Shown: positions 52,901 through 64,000 of the stretch, piece after piece
Position numbering within the stretch: the first letter of the stretch is position 1
How the letters are laid out: the number at the start of each line of letters is the position of its first letter
NCBI GenBank assembly: GCA_964016885.1
Contig: OZ024744.1
Coordinates: 10,044,001 to 10,108,000 of the forward strand
Length of the DNA: 64,000 bases
Origin: Eledone cirrhosa
Lineage: Eukaryota
Direction of reading: 5' to 3'
Notes under the pieces: generated by a model
What the model was told of the DNA's origin: nothing
Databases searched by the model: none
What the model saw: the letters and a program-made list of their open reading frames with translations, nothing else
Position numbers and translations under genes: made by a program

Positions 52901-55900
52901 CCCAGTACACACTGTAAAGTGGTCATGTAGGTGTCACAACAACAAGTACTCTGCCCACACTGTAAAGTGGTCATGTAGGTATCACAACAAAAAGTACCCA
53001 GTCCAAACTGTAAACTGGTCATATAGGTGTCACAACAAAATGCAAATAGTCCTCACTGTAAAGTGGTCATATAGGTGTCACAACAAAAAGCACCTAGTAC
53101 ACACTGTAAAGTGTTTATGTTGGTGTCACAAAAAAAGGCACCTAGTACACACTGTAAAGTAGTCATGTAGGTATCACAAGAAAAAGTAACTAGTACCCAC
53201 ACTGTAAAGTGGTCATGTAGGTATCACAACAAAAAGTACCCTGTCCACACTGTAAAGTAGTCATTTAGGTATCACAAGAAAAAGTAACTAGTACCCACAC
53301 TGTAAAGTGGTCATGTAGGTGTCACAACAAAATGTATCCTGTCCACACTGTAAAGTGGTCATGTAGGTGTCACAACAAAAAGTATCCTGTCCACACTGTA
53401 AAGTTCACATGTAGATTGTCACAACAAAAAGTATCCTGTCCACACTGTAAAGTACACATGTAGGTGTCACAACAAAAAGTACCCAATCCACACTGTAAAG
53501 TAGTCATGTAGGTGTTACAAGAAAAATTACCCAGTCCACACTGTAAAGTAGTTATGTAGGTGTCACAACAAAAAGTACTCTGGCCACATTGTAAAACAGT
53601 CATATAGGTGTCACAACAAGAAGTACTCTGCCCACACTGTAAAGTGATCATGTCGGTGTCACAACAAAAAGAACTCAGTCCACAATGTAAACTGTTCATG
53701 TAGGTGTCACAACAAAAATTACCCAGTCCACACTGTAAAGTAATCATGTAGGTGTCACAACAAAAAGCACCCAGTTTACACTGTAAAGTGGTCATGTAGG
53801 TGTCACAACAAAAGGTACCTAGTCGACACTGAAAACTGGTAAAGTTAGTGTCACAACAAAAAGTACGCAATCCACTCTGTTAATTGGTCATGTAGGTGTC
53901 ACAACAAAATGTACCCAGTCTACACTGTAAACTGGTCATGTAGGTGTCGCAACAAAAAGTATCCTGTCCACACTGTAAAGTGGTCATGTAGGTGTCGCAA
54001 CAAAAAACACCTAGTACACACTGTAAAGTGGTTATATAGGTGTCACAACAAAAGGTACCCAGTAAACACTGTAATGTGATCATGTAGGTGTCACAACAAA
54101 ACGTACACAGTACACACTGTAAACTGGTCATGTATTTGTCACCACAGAATGTACCCAGTCCACACTGTAAAGTGGTCATGTAGGTGTCACAACAAAAAGC
54201 ACCTAGAACACTCTGTAAGCTGTTCATGTAGGTGTCACAACAAAATTTACCCAGTCCACGCTGTAACCTGGTCATGTAGGTGTCACAAAAAAAAGTATCC
54301 ACTCCACACTGTAAAGTGGACATGTAGGTGTCACAACTACAAGTACCCAGTCCACACTGTAAAGTAGTCATGTAGGTGTCACAACAAAATGTACCCAGTA
54401 CACACTGTAAACTGGTCATCTAGGTGTCACAACAAAAATTACCCAGTCCTCACTGTAAAGTGGTCATGTATGTGTCACAACAAAAAGCACCCAGTCCACA
54501 CTGTAAAGTGGTCATGTAGGTGTCACAACAAAAAGTACACTGCCCGCACTGTAAAGTGGTCATGTAGGTGTCACAACAAAAGGTACCCAGTCCACACTGT
54601 AAAGTAGTCATGTAGGTGTCACAACAAAAAGTACACTGCCCGCACTGTAAAGTGGTTATATAGGTGTCACAACAAAAGGTACCCAGTACACACTGTAAAG
54701 TGATCATGTAGGTGTCACAACAAAACGTACACAGTACACACTGTAAACTGGTCATGTAGGTGTCACCACAGAATGTACCCAGGCCACACTGTAAAGTGGT
54801 CATGTAGGTGTCACAACAAAAAGCACCTAGAACACTGTGTTAGCTGTTCATGTAGGTGTCACAACAAAATTTACCCAGTCCACGCTGTAACCTGGTCATG
54901 TAGGTGTCACAAAAAAAAGTATCCTGTCCAAAGTGTAAAGTGGACATGTAGGTGTCACAACAACAAGTACCCAGTCCACACTGTAAAGTAGTCATATAGG
55001 TGTCACAACAACAAGTACTCTGCCCACACTCTAAAGTGGTTTTGTAGGTGTCACAACAAAAAGTACCCAGTACACACTGTAAAGTACACATGTAGGTGTC
55101 ACAACAAAAAGCACCCATTCCACACCGTAAAGTAGTCATGTAGATGTCACAACAAATAGTACCCAGTACACACTGTAAAGCGGAGATGTAGGTGTCACAA
55201 CAAAAATCACCTTGAACACACTGTAAAGTGGTCATGTAGGTGTTACAACAAAAACTACCTAGTACACACTGTAAAGTGGACATGTAGGTGTCACAACAAA
55301 AATCACCTTAAACACACTGTAGAGTGGTCATGTAGATGCCACAACAAAATGGCCCCCCATACACACTGTAAAGGGGGCATGGAGGTGTCACAACAACATG
55401 TACCCAGTACACACTGTAAACTGGTCATGTAGGTGTCACAACAAAAAGTAACCAATCCACACTGTCAAGTGGTCATGTAGGTGTCACAACAAAAAGTACT
55501 CAGTCCACACTGTAAAGTAGTCATGTAGGTGTCACAACAACGAGTACTCTACCCACACTGTAAAGTGGTCATGTAGGTGACACACAAAAAGTACCCAGTA
55601 CACACTGTGAAGTGGTCATGTAGGTGTCACAACAAAAAATACCCAGTCCACACTGTAAAGTAGTCATGTAGGTGTCACAACAAAAAGTAACCAATCCACA
55701 GTGTCAAGTGGTCATGTAGGTGTCACAACAAAAAGTACTCAGTCCACACTGTAAAGTAGTCATGTAGGTGTCACAACAACGAGTACTCTACCCACACTGT
55801 AAAGTGGTCATGTAGGTGACACACAAAAAGTACCCAGTACACACTGTAAAGTGGTCATGTAGGTGTCACAACAAAAGGCACCCAGTACACACTGTAAAGT

Positions 55901-58900
55901 GATCATGTCGGTGTCACAACAAAAAGAACTCAGTCCACAATGTAAACTGTTCATGTAGGTGTCACAACAAAAATTACCCAGTCCACACTGTAAAGTAATC
56001 ATGTAGGTGTCACAACAAAAAGCACCCAGTTTACACTGTAAAGTGGTCATGTAGGTGTCACAACAAAAGGTACCTAGTCGACACTGAAAACTGGTAAAGT
56101 TAGTGTCACAACAAAAAGTACGCAATCCACTCTGTTAATTGGTCATGTAGGTGTCACAACAAAATGTACCCAGTCTACACTGTAAACTGGTCATGTAGGT
56201 GTCGCAACAAAAAGTATCCTGTCCACACTGTAAAGTGGTCATGTAGGTGTCGCAACAAAAAACACCTAGTACACACTGTAAAGTGGTTATATAGGTGTCA
56301 CAACAAAAGGTACCCAGTAAACACTGTAATGTGATCATGTAGGTGTCACAACAAAACGTACACAGTACACACTGTAAACTGGTCATGTATTTGTCACCAC
56401 AGAATGTACCCAGTCCACACTGTAAAGTGGTCATGTAGGTGTCACAACAAAAAGCACCTAGAACACTCTGTAAGCTGTTCATGTAGGTGTCACAACAAAA
56501 TTTACCCAGTCCACGCTGTAACCTGGTCATGTAGGTGTCACAAAAAAAAGTATCCACTCCACACTGTAAAGTGGACATGTAGGTGTCACAACTACAAGTA
56601 CCCAGTCCACACTGTAAAGTAGTCATGTAGGTGTCACAACAAAAAGTACCCAGTACACACTGTAAACTGGTCATCTAGGTGTCACAACAAAAATTACCCA
56701 GTCCTCACTGTAAAGTGGTCATGTATGTGTCACAACAAAAAGCACCCAGTCCACACTGTAAAGTGGTCATGTAGGTGTCACAACAAAAAGTACACTGCCC
56801 GCACTGTAAAGTGGTCATGTAGGTGTCACAACAAAAGGTACCCAGTCCACACTGTAAAGTAGTCATGTAGGTGTCACAACAAAAAGTACACTGCCCGCAC
56901 TGTAAAGTGGTTATATAGGTGTCACAACAAAAGGTACCCAGTACACACTGTAAAGTGATCATGTAGGTGTCACAACAAAACGTACACAGTACACACTGTA
57001 AACTGGTCATGTAGGTGTCACCACAGAATGTACCCAGGCCACACTGTAAAGTGGTCATGTAGGTGTCACAACAAAAAGCACCTAGAACACTGTGTTAGCT
57101 GTTCATGTAGGTGTCACAACAAAATTTACCCAGTCCACGCTGTAACCTGGTCATGTAGGTGTCACAAAAAAAAGTATCCTGTCCAAAGTGTAAAGTGGAC
57201 ATGTAGGTGTCACAACAACAAGTACCCAGTCCACACTGTAAAGTAGTCATATAGGTGTCACAACAACAAGTACTCTGCCCACACTCTAAAGTGGTTTTGT
57301 AGGTGTCACAACAAAAAGTACCCAGTACACACTGTAAAGTACACATGTAGGTGTCACAACAAAAAGCACCCATTCCACACCGTAAAGTAGTCATGTAGAT
57401 GTCACAACAAATAGTACCCAGTACACACTGTAAAGCGGAGATGTAGGTGTCACAACAAAAATCACCTTGAACACACTGTAAAGTGGTCATGTAGGTGTTA
57501 CAACAAAAACTACCTAGTACACACTGTAAAGTGGACATGTAGGTGTCACAACAAAAATCACCTTAAACACACTGTAGAGTGGTCATGTAGATGCCACAAC
57601 AAAATGGCCCCCCATACACACTGTAAAGGGGGCATGGAGGTGTCACAACAACATGTACCCAGTACACACTGTAAACTGGTCATGTAGGTGTCACAACAAA
57701 AAGTAACCAATCCACACTGTCAAGTGGTCATGTAGGTGTCACAACAAAAAGTACTCAGTCCACACTGTAAAGTAGTCATGTAGGTGTCACAACAACGAGT
57801 ACTCTACCCACACTGTAAAGTGGTCATGTAGGTGACACACAAAAAGTACCCAGTACACACTGTGAAGTGGTCATGTAGGTGTCACAACAAAAAATACCCA
57901 GTCCACACTGTAAAGTAGTCATGTAGGTGTCACAACAAAAAGTAACCAATCCACAGTGTCAAGTGGTCATGTAGGTGTCACAACAAAAAGTACTCAGTCC
58001 ACACTGTAAAGTAGTCATGTAGGTGTCACAACAACGAGTACTCTACCCACACTGTAAAGTGGTCATGTAGGTGACACACAAAAAGTACCCAGTACACACT
58101 GTAAAGTGGTCATGTAGGTGTCACAACAAAAGGCACCCAGTACACAATGTAAAGGGGGCTTGGAGGTGTCACAACAAAATATACCCAGTCCACACTGTAA
58201 AGTGGTCATGTAGGTCTCACAACAAAATATACACTGCCCGCACTGTAAAGTGGCCATGTAGGTGTCACAACAAAAAGTACCCAGTCCACACTGTAAAGTA
58301 GTCATGTAGGTGTCACAACAAAAAGTACCCAGTCCACACTGTAAAGTGGTCATGTAGGTGTCACAACAAAAAGTAACCAATCCACAGTGTCAAGTGGTCA
58401 TGTAGGTGTCACAACAAAAAGTACCCAGTACACACTATAAAGTGGTCATGGAGGTGTCACAACAAAAAGTACCCAGTCCACACTGTAAAGTAGTCATGTA
58501 TGTGTCACAACAAAAATTTCCCAGTCCACACTGTAAAGTAGTCATGTAGGTGTCACAACAAAGAGTACCTAGTACACACTGTAAAGAGGTCATGTAGGTG
58601 TCCCAACAAAAAGTACCCAGTCCACACCGTAAAGTGGTCATGTAGGTGTCACAACAAAAAGTACCCAGTCCACACTGTAAAGTGGAAATGTAGGTGTCAC
58701 AACAAAAAGCACCTGTTACACAGTGTAAAGTGGATATGTAGGTGTCACAACAAAAAGCACCTAGTACACACTGTAAAGTGGTCATGTATGTGTCACAACA
58801 AAAAGCACCCAGTCCACACTGTAAAGTGGTCATGTAGGTGTCACAACAAAAAGTACACTGCCCGCACTGTAAAGTGGTCATGTAGGTGTCACAACAAAAA

Positions 58901-59346
58901 GTACCCAGTCCACACTGTAAAGTAGTCATGTAGGTGTCACAACAAAAAGTACCCAGTCCACACTGTAAAGTGGTCATGTAGGTGTCACAACAAAAAGTAA
59001 CCAATCCACAGTGTCAAGTGGTCATGTATGTGTCAAAACAAAAATTACCCAGTTCACACTGTAAAGTAGTCATGTATGTGTCACAACAAAAAGTAGCCAG
59101 TCCACACTGTAAAGTGGTCATGGAGGTGTCACAACAAAAAGTACCCAGCCCACACTGTTAATGGTCATGTAGGTGTCACAACAAAAATACCCAGTCTACA
59201 CTGTAAACTGGTAATGTAAGTGTCAAAACAAAAAGTACCCAATCCACACTGTAAACTGGTCATGTAGGTTTCACAACAAAAATTATCCTGTAATCACTGT
59301 AAAGTGGACATGTAGATGTCACAACAAGTACTCTGCCCACACTGTA
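37940..59346. repeat. 48-bp satellite, ~21.4 kb (~445 units) with higher-order duplications
   Basis: Consensus taggtgtcacaacaaaaagtacccagtccacactgtaaagtggtcatg; period 48 (37941 to 37989); the unit count is length/48. Confidence 0.98.
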
Positions 59347-60729
59347 GAGACTTTAATGTGATGTAGACATAGTGTTGTTTTGTACTAAATGTTTATAGTA
59401 TCTTTACTGGTGGACAGATTGTTGTGAATATTTACAGTATTACAGTAAAGACTTTAATATTTAATGTGATGTAGTCATCGGTTTGTTTTGTACTAAATGT
59501 TTATAGTATCTTTACTGGTGGACAGATTGTTGTGAATAGTTACAGTATTACAGTAAAGACTTTAATATTTAATGTGATGTAGTCATAGTGTTGTTTTGTA
59601 CTAAATGTTTATAGTATCTTTACTGGTGGACAGATTGTTGTGAATATTTACAGTATTACAGTAAAGACTTTAATATTTAATGTGATGTAGTCATAGTGTT
59701 GTTTTGTACCAAATGTTTATAGTATCTTTACTGGTAGACAGACTTTTGTAAAAATTTACAGTATTACAGTAAAGACTTTAATATTAATGTGATGTAGTCA
59801 TAGTGTTGTTTTATGCTAAATGTTTATAGTATCTTTACTGGTGGACAGATTGTTGTGAATATTTAGATTATTACAGTAAATATTTTAATATTTAATGTTA
59901 TGTAGTCATAGTGTTGTTTGTGCTAAATATTTATAGTATCTTTACTAGTAGACAGATTGTTGTGAATATTTACAGTATAACAGTAAAGACCTTAATATTT
60001 AATGTGATGTAGTCATAGTGTTGTTTTGTACTAAATGTTTATAGTATCTTTACTGGTAGACAGATTGTTGTGAATATTTACAGTATTACAGTAAAGACTT
60101 TAATATTAAATGTGATGTAGTCATACTGTTGTTTTGTACTAAATGTTTATAGTATCTTTACTAGTAAACAGATTGTTGTGAATATTTACAGTATTACAGT
60201 AAATATTTTAATATTTAATGTGATGTAGTCATAGTGTTGTTTTGTACCAAATGATTATAGTATCTTTACTGGTGGACAGATTGTTGTGAATATTTACAGT
60301 ATTACAGTAAAGACTTTAATATTTAATGTGATGTAGTCATAGTGTTGTTTTGTACCAAATGTTTATAGTATCTTTACTGGTAGACAGATTTTTGTGAAAA
60401 TTTACAGTAAAGACTTTAATATTTAATGTCATGTAGTCATAGTGTTGTTTCGTACTAAATGTTTATAGTATCTTTACTGGTGGACAGATTGTTGTGAATA
60501 TTTACAGTATTACACTAAAGACTTTAATATATAATGTGATGTAGTCATAGTGTTGTTTTGTACTAAATGTTTATAGTATCTTTACTGGTAGACAGATTGT
60601 TGTGAATATTTACAGTATTACAGTAAATACTTTAATATTTAATGTGATGTAGTCATAGTGTTGTTTTGTACTAAATGTATATAGTATCTTTACTGGTGGA
60701 CAGATTGTTGTGAATATTTACAGTATTAC
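59347..60729. repeat. 108-bp minisatellite (~13 units)
   Basis: tacagtaaag recurs at 59441, 59549 and 59657; unit tacagtaaagactttaatatttaatgtgatgtagtcatagtgttgttttgtactaaatgtttatagtatctttactggtggacagattgttgtgaatatttacagtat. Confidence 0.96.
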
Positions 60730-61005
60730 TGTTGTATGGACTGGGAATTGAACTCACAACCTCATTGTTGTATGGACTGTTGAATTCGTTTTATTCAATT
60801 TACACGTGCTCACACATTTGCATATGAATCACGTGACCTGGGCAGTCAGTCAGCGTTGGTATTAAAAACTCGGTCACAGACTATTTACTTACTTTATGTT
60901 ATTCTGCCACTGTGAGGAGGGGCGTTTTGGTTGTTTCGCAAATTACACAAATTATTTGATATAACTCGTTGTGTTTTCTCTGCGAGTACCGAGAGGAATA
61001 CAACA
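60730..61005 (+). repeat. Putative 5' LTR
   Basis: 8-bp inverted termini tgttgtat/atacaaca followed by the PBS-like motif. The partner LTR is outside the window; an alternative start exists at 60766. Confidence 0.65.
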
Positions 61006-61090
61006 GAGTTTATTGGCGTCGCCAATAGGACTTACCTACATTGCCGATAGGTTTTACCTACATTGCCGGGAAATTGTTTATCACAAATAC

Positions 61091-64000
61091 ATGGCGGAAC
61101 AACAAACAGCGGAGCTAATAAAGTTGTTTAGAGAACAGATGGAACAACAAATGCAACAACACAAGAAAGATATGGAGACTCTGATAAAACTGTTTGGTGC
61201 TCGAGATTCTGAACAACAGAGTTTATTGGCGTCACCAGTTGCTTCGACACCAACAGCATTCATCCCACCATTTGCTGCTTTTGATTCAACAACAGAACTA
61301 TGGCCTGATTACTGGTCAAGATTCTGCACGTTTGTGGCTGCTAACGCTGCACCCGAGCAACGCATGATACAAGTGTTCCTGACTAATCAGACGGCTGCTA
61401 TCTTCAAACAACTTGCAAATCTGGCTGCTCAACAAAATCCGCCTCAGAATATCAACAAGTTGACAATGGACGAAATTGTTGACTTCATGAAAGAACAGTT
61501 CGACCCAAAACTTTTCATTGTGAGAGAACGTTTCAAGTTCTGGAGTGACATGCAACGGAAGCCAGGCGAAACTCTCCAGGAGCTGGCAGCACGTATACGT
61601 CAGGATGCAGCTACCTGTGATTTTCCTTCGATCGCAAATCCACAAGATGAAGCTCTAATACAGAGATTTATATGTTCTGTCAATAATGAAGCTGTGTTGA
61701 AGGCTATTTTCAAGATCAAGGATACAGAACTAGATTTCGCCCGTGCTGTCCAAGTTGCCATCGGGACCGAAGACGCAGCAAAGGTTGCCAAGGAAACTGT
61801 TTACGGTTCCAAAACCAAGCAAGTCTACAAAGTTCAGCAGAACAAGAACAAGAGTTCTCGAAAGAACCATCAGCAGTTTTATTCCACAGACCAGGAGATG
61901 TGCTACCGATGTGGAAAGGCCTACAAAGCGACAGACTGCCCCTTCAAAGAAGCCAAATGTCATTTTTGTGACAAAAAGGGACATTTGCAAGCGGTGTGTA
62001 GAAAGAAACAACATCAGCAACGTAATCATCGCTCACAGAATTACATGAAAAGAATCACGAAAGCTGAGCTAGTCAAGGCGATCCTTGGTGAAGTTCCCCA
62101 CGATACTCATAGTTTGAATGTGCCAATAACAATCCAGAACAGACTTTTCACAATAGTATTGGACAGAGCTACTACAGGCAATTTTGTTTCCTTGTCAGGT
62201 TGGAAACAATTAGGAAAACCGAAGCTGCAAGATGTCAAACATCGGTTTGAATCTGCCAGCAAGCACGACCTGCCCGTTCTGGGAACTTTCAAGGATCCAA
62301 CGACCGGTAAACGGAATTCAATACCCTACATCGTCACCAAGATCCCTGATCTTAATTTGCTGGGACGAAACGCTAACCAGGCTCTGGGAATTTCTGTGGA
62401 CAATGCTCTAGGATTGAAAAGCATAGACAGCCAGACCAAGAGTGAGGGTGCAGAAGTGATGCATCCAAAGACCTCAAATGAGCCCTATATTTCCATGCAA
62501 CGAGATTGTCACAACATGTGTGATGAATTCCCAGATCTCTTCAAGCAAGAATTGGGATGTCTTAATGACTTCGAACTGGAAGTGAAGTTCAAGTCGGACG
62601 CGACACCGGTCTTTCACAAGGCACGCCCGGTCCCGTTTGCTCTTCGTGATGACCTGGCCAAAGGTTACGAAGAAGGCATCGCCAAAGGAATCTGAAAGCC
62701 AATACAGTTCAACGAATACGGAACGCCAGTGGTACCGATTGGTAAAGCACATACTTCAGGCAACCTGAAGCCCAAACTACGGATTTGTGGTGACTACTCT
62801 GTGGGAATTAATGACCAACTTGCAGATCATCGTCATCCAATGCCACTCCCAGAGGAACTGATGCAGAAGCTCGGAGGTGGATTCGGATACACAAAGATTG
62901 ATCTTGCTGATGCCTATAATCAGATCAAGCTGGCTCCAGAAAGTCAACGCAGGCTTGCACTCAGCACTCACCGTGGGATGCTCCTACAGGAACGACTCCC
63001 TTTCGGAATCAAGTCAGCACCTGGTTACTTTCAGGAGATCATGGAAAACCTGACTCAAGATCTACCTGGTGTGGCCGTCTTCCAGGACGACATGCTCGTC
63101 AGTGGGAAAGATGCAAACGATCACCTGAACAACCTAAAGTGTCTGCTCACACGTCTGTGCGACAAAGGACTCAGATGTCGCCGTGACAAGTGCCAGTTTG
63201 CACTACCCAGTGTGGAATACCTTGGACACACCTTGTCGGCTGAAGGGATCGCGAAGGGATCCAAGGTCGAAGCAGTTTTAAAGATGCCACCTCCAACGAA
63301 CGTCTCAAGCTTGAAGTCTTTCCTGGGTTCAGTTCAGTTCTATGGAAAGTTTATCCCAAACCTGGCCAGCATGGCAGAGCCACTCTATTGCCTTACGAAA
63401 AAAAACGACTACTTGGAAGTGGGGAGGTGAAGAACAGTCAGCTTTCGATCAGTCGAAAAATGTGCTTTCATCGGATCGAGTTCTGATACACTTCGATCCA
63501 AACAAAACTTTGGGACTGGCTTGCGACGCGTCAAACGTTGGTATTGGAGCAGTCCTGTTTCATCGCTATCCTGATGGAAGCGAGCGCCCAATATCCAATG
63601 TGTCCAAGACTCTTACTTCTGCACAGCGTAACTACGGCCAAATTCAAAAGGAAGCCCTGGCCATCATATTTGGCTTGCAGAAGTTCTATCAGTATCTGTA
63701 CGGACATCAGTTTATACTCGTAACTGACCACAAGCCACTGACATCACTGTTCAGTCCGAGGAAAGGGACGCCACTTCTCGCTGCTAACCGACTAGCACGG
63801 TGGGCCTTGTGGCTGAACCAGTTTGACTACACCATCGAATATCGGAAAACAGCGGATCATGGCAATGCAGATGCCCTCAGTCGCTTGCCATTTGGTAATG
63901 ACATCGTCTTTGACAGGAAGGAAAATGGTGAAGACATGGACATGGTGTGCGCCATCAAAGCTCTCAGTCTTCAAGTCCAACCTATCGATTCTAACGTCCT
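61091..64000 (+). pseudogene. gypsy gag-pol (capsid, two zinc knuckles, PR, RT, RNase H), disrupted
   Basis: CYRCGKAYKATDC / CHFCDKKGHLQAVC; protease site mutated (LDRAT); NLLGR; LRICGDY, IDLADAYNQ, LPFGIKSAP, FQDD; RNase H LACDAS, TDHKPL, NADALSR. Stop at 62693 and frameshift near 63405. Confidence 0.92.

Larger units (their letters stand above)
60730..64000 (+). mobile_element. Ty3/gypsy LTR retrotransposon (Mag-like), 5' part, runs off the window
   Basis: LTR-like TGTTGTAT...ATACAACA, PBS-like tggcgtcgccaatagga at 61014, then gag-PR-RT-RH. Confidence 0.92.

Noticed and set aside
37940-59004. Many Cys-rich ORFs (MTTLQCGLGTFCCDTY)n resembling keratin-associated or metallothionein-like proteins
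   Set aside because: They are a by-product of a 48-bp (3n) unit lacking stops in that frame. Frames break at random indels, and there is no unique N- or C-terminus or evidence of splicing.
37940-59346. CRISPR-like or cassette-diversity array (constant part plus variable part)
   Set aside because: The variable positions are point variants of one consensus, not unique spacers. There are no cas genes and the context is eukaryotic.

Overview
Eukaryotic, AT-rich, gene-free repeat region. The repeat families and SINE/LINE tails look cephalopod (Octopus-like) to me, which is an inference. No host gene, rRNA, tRNA or CRISPR array is supportable. In order: a ~445-bp palindrome with a degenerate hammerhead-like motif (69-513); a Tigger/pogo-like MITE (712-1066); a decayed RTE-clade LINE (~1610-4763); SINE and TTAA-MITE relics; and a 20.4-kb composite (8100-28510). 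In that composite, a TTAA-flanked piggyBac-type MITE has had its left part amplified into a 72-bp minisatellite, which hosts three full-length, same-orientation Tx1-type (L1-group) LINEs at the same repeat phase plus a non-autonomous Helitron. Next come a complete but defective Ty3/gypsy element on the minus strand (30843-36172; TA..TA termini, 5-bp TSD, PBS complementary to its own LTR), a CAC/CAA tract, a ~21.4-kb 48-bp satellite whose unit matches the RTE 3' UTR, a 108-bp minisatellite, and the 5' part of a second gypsy element (60730-end). Best candidates for novelty: the Tx1-in-MITE-minisatellite architecture, the putative self-priming gypsy, and the LINE-3'UTR-derived satellite.
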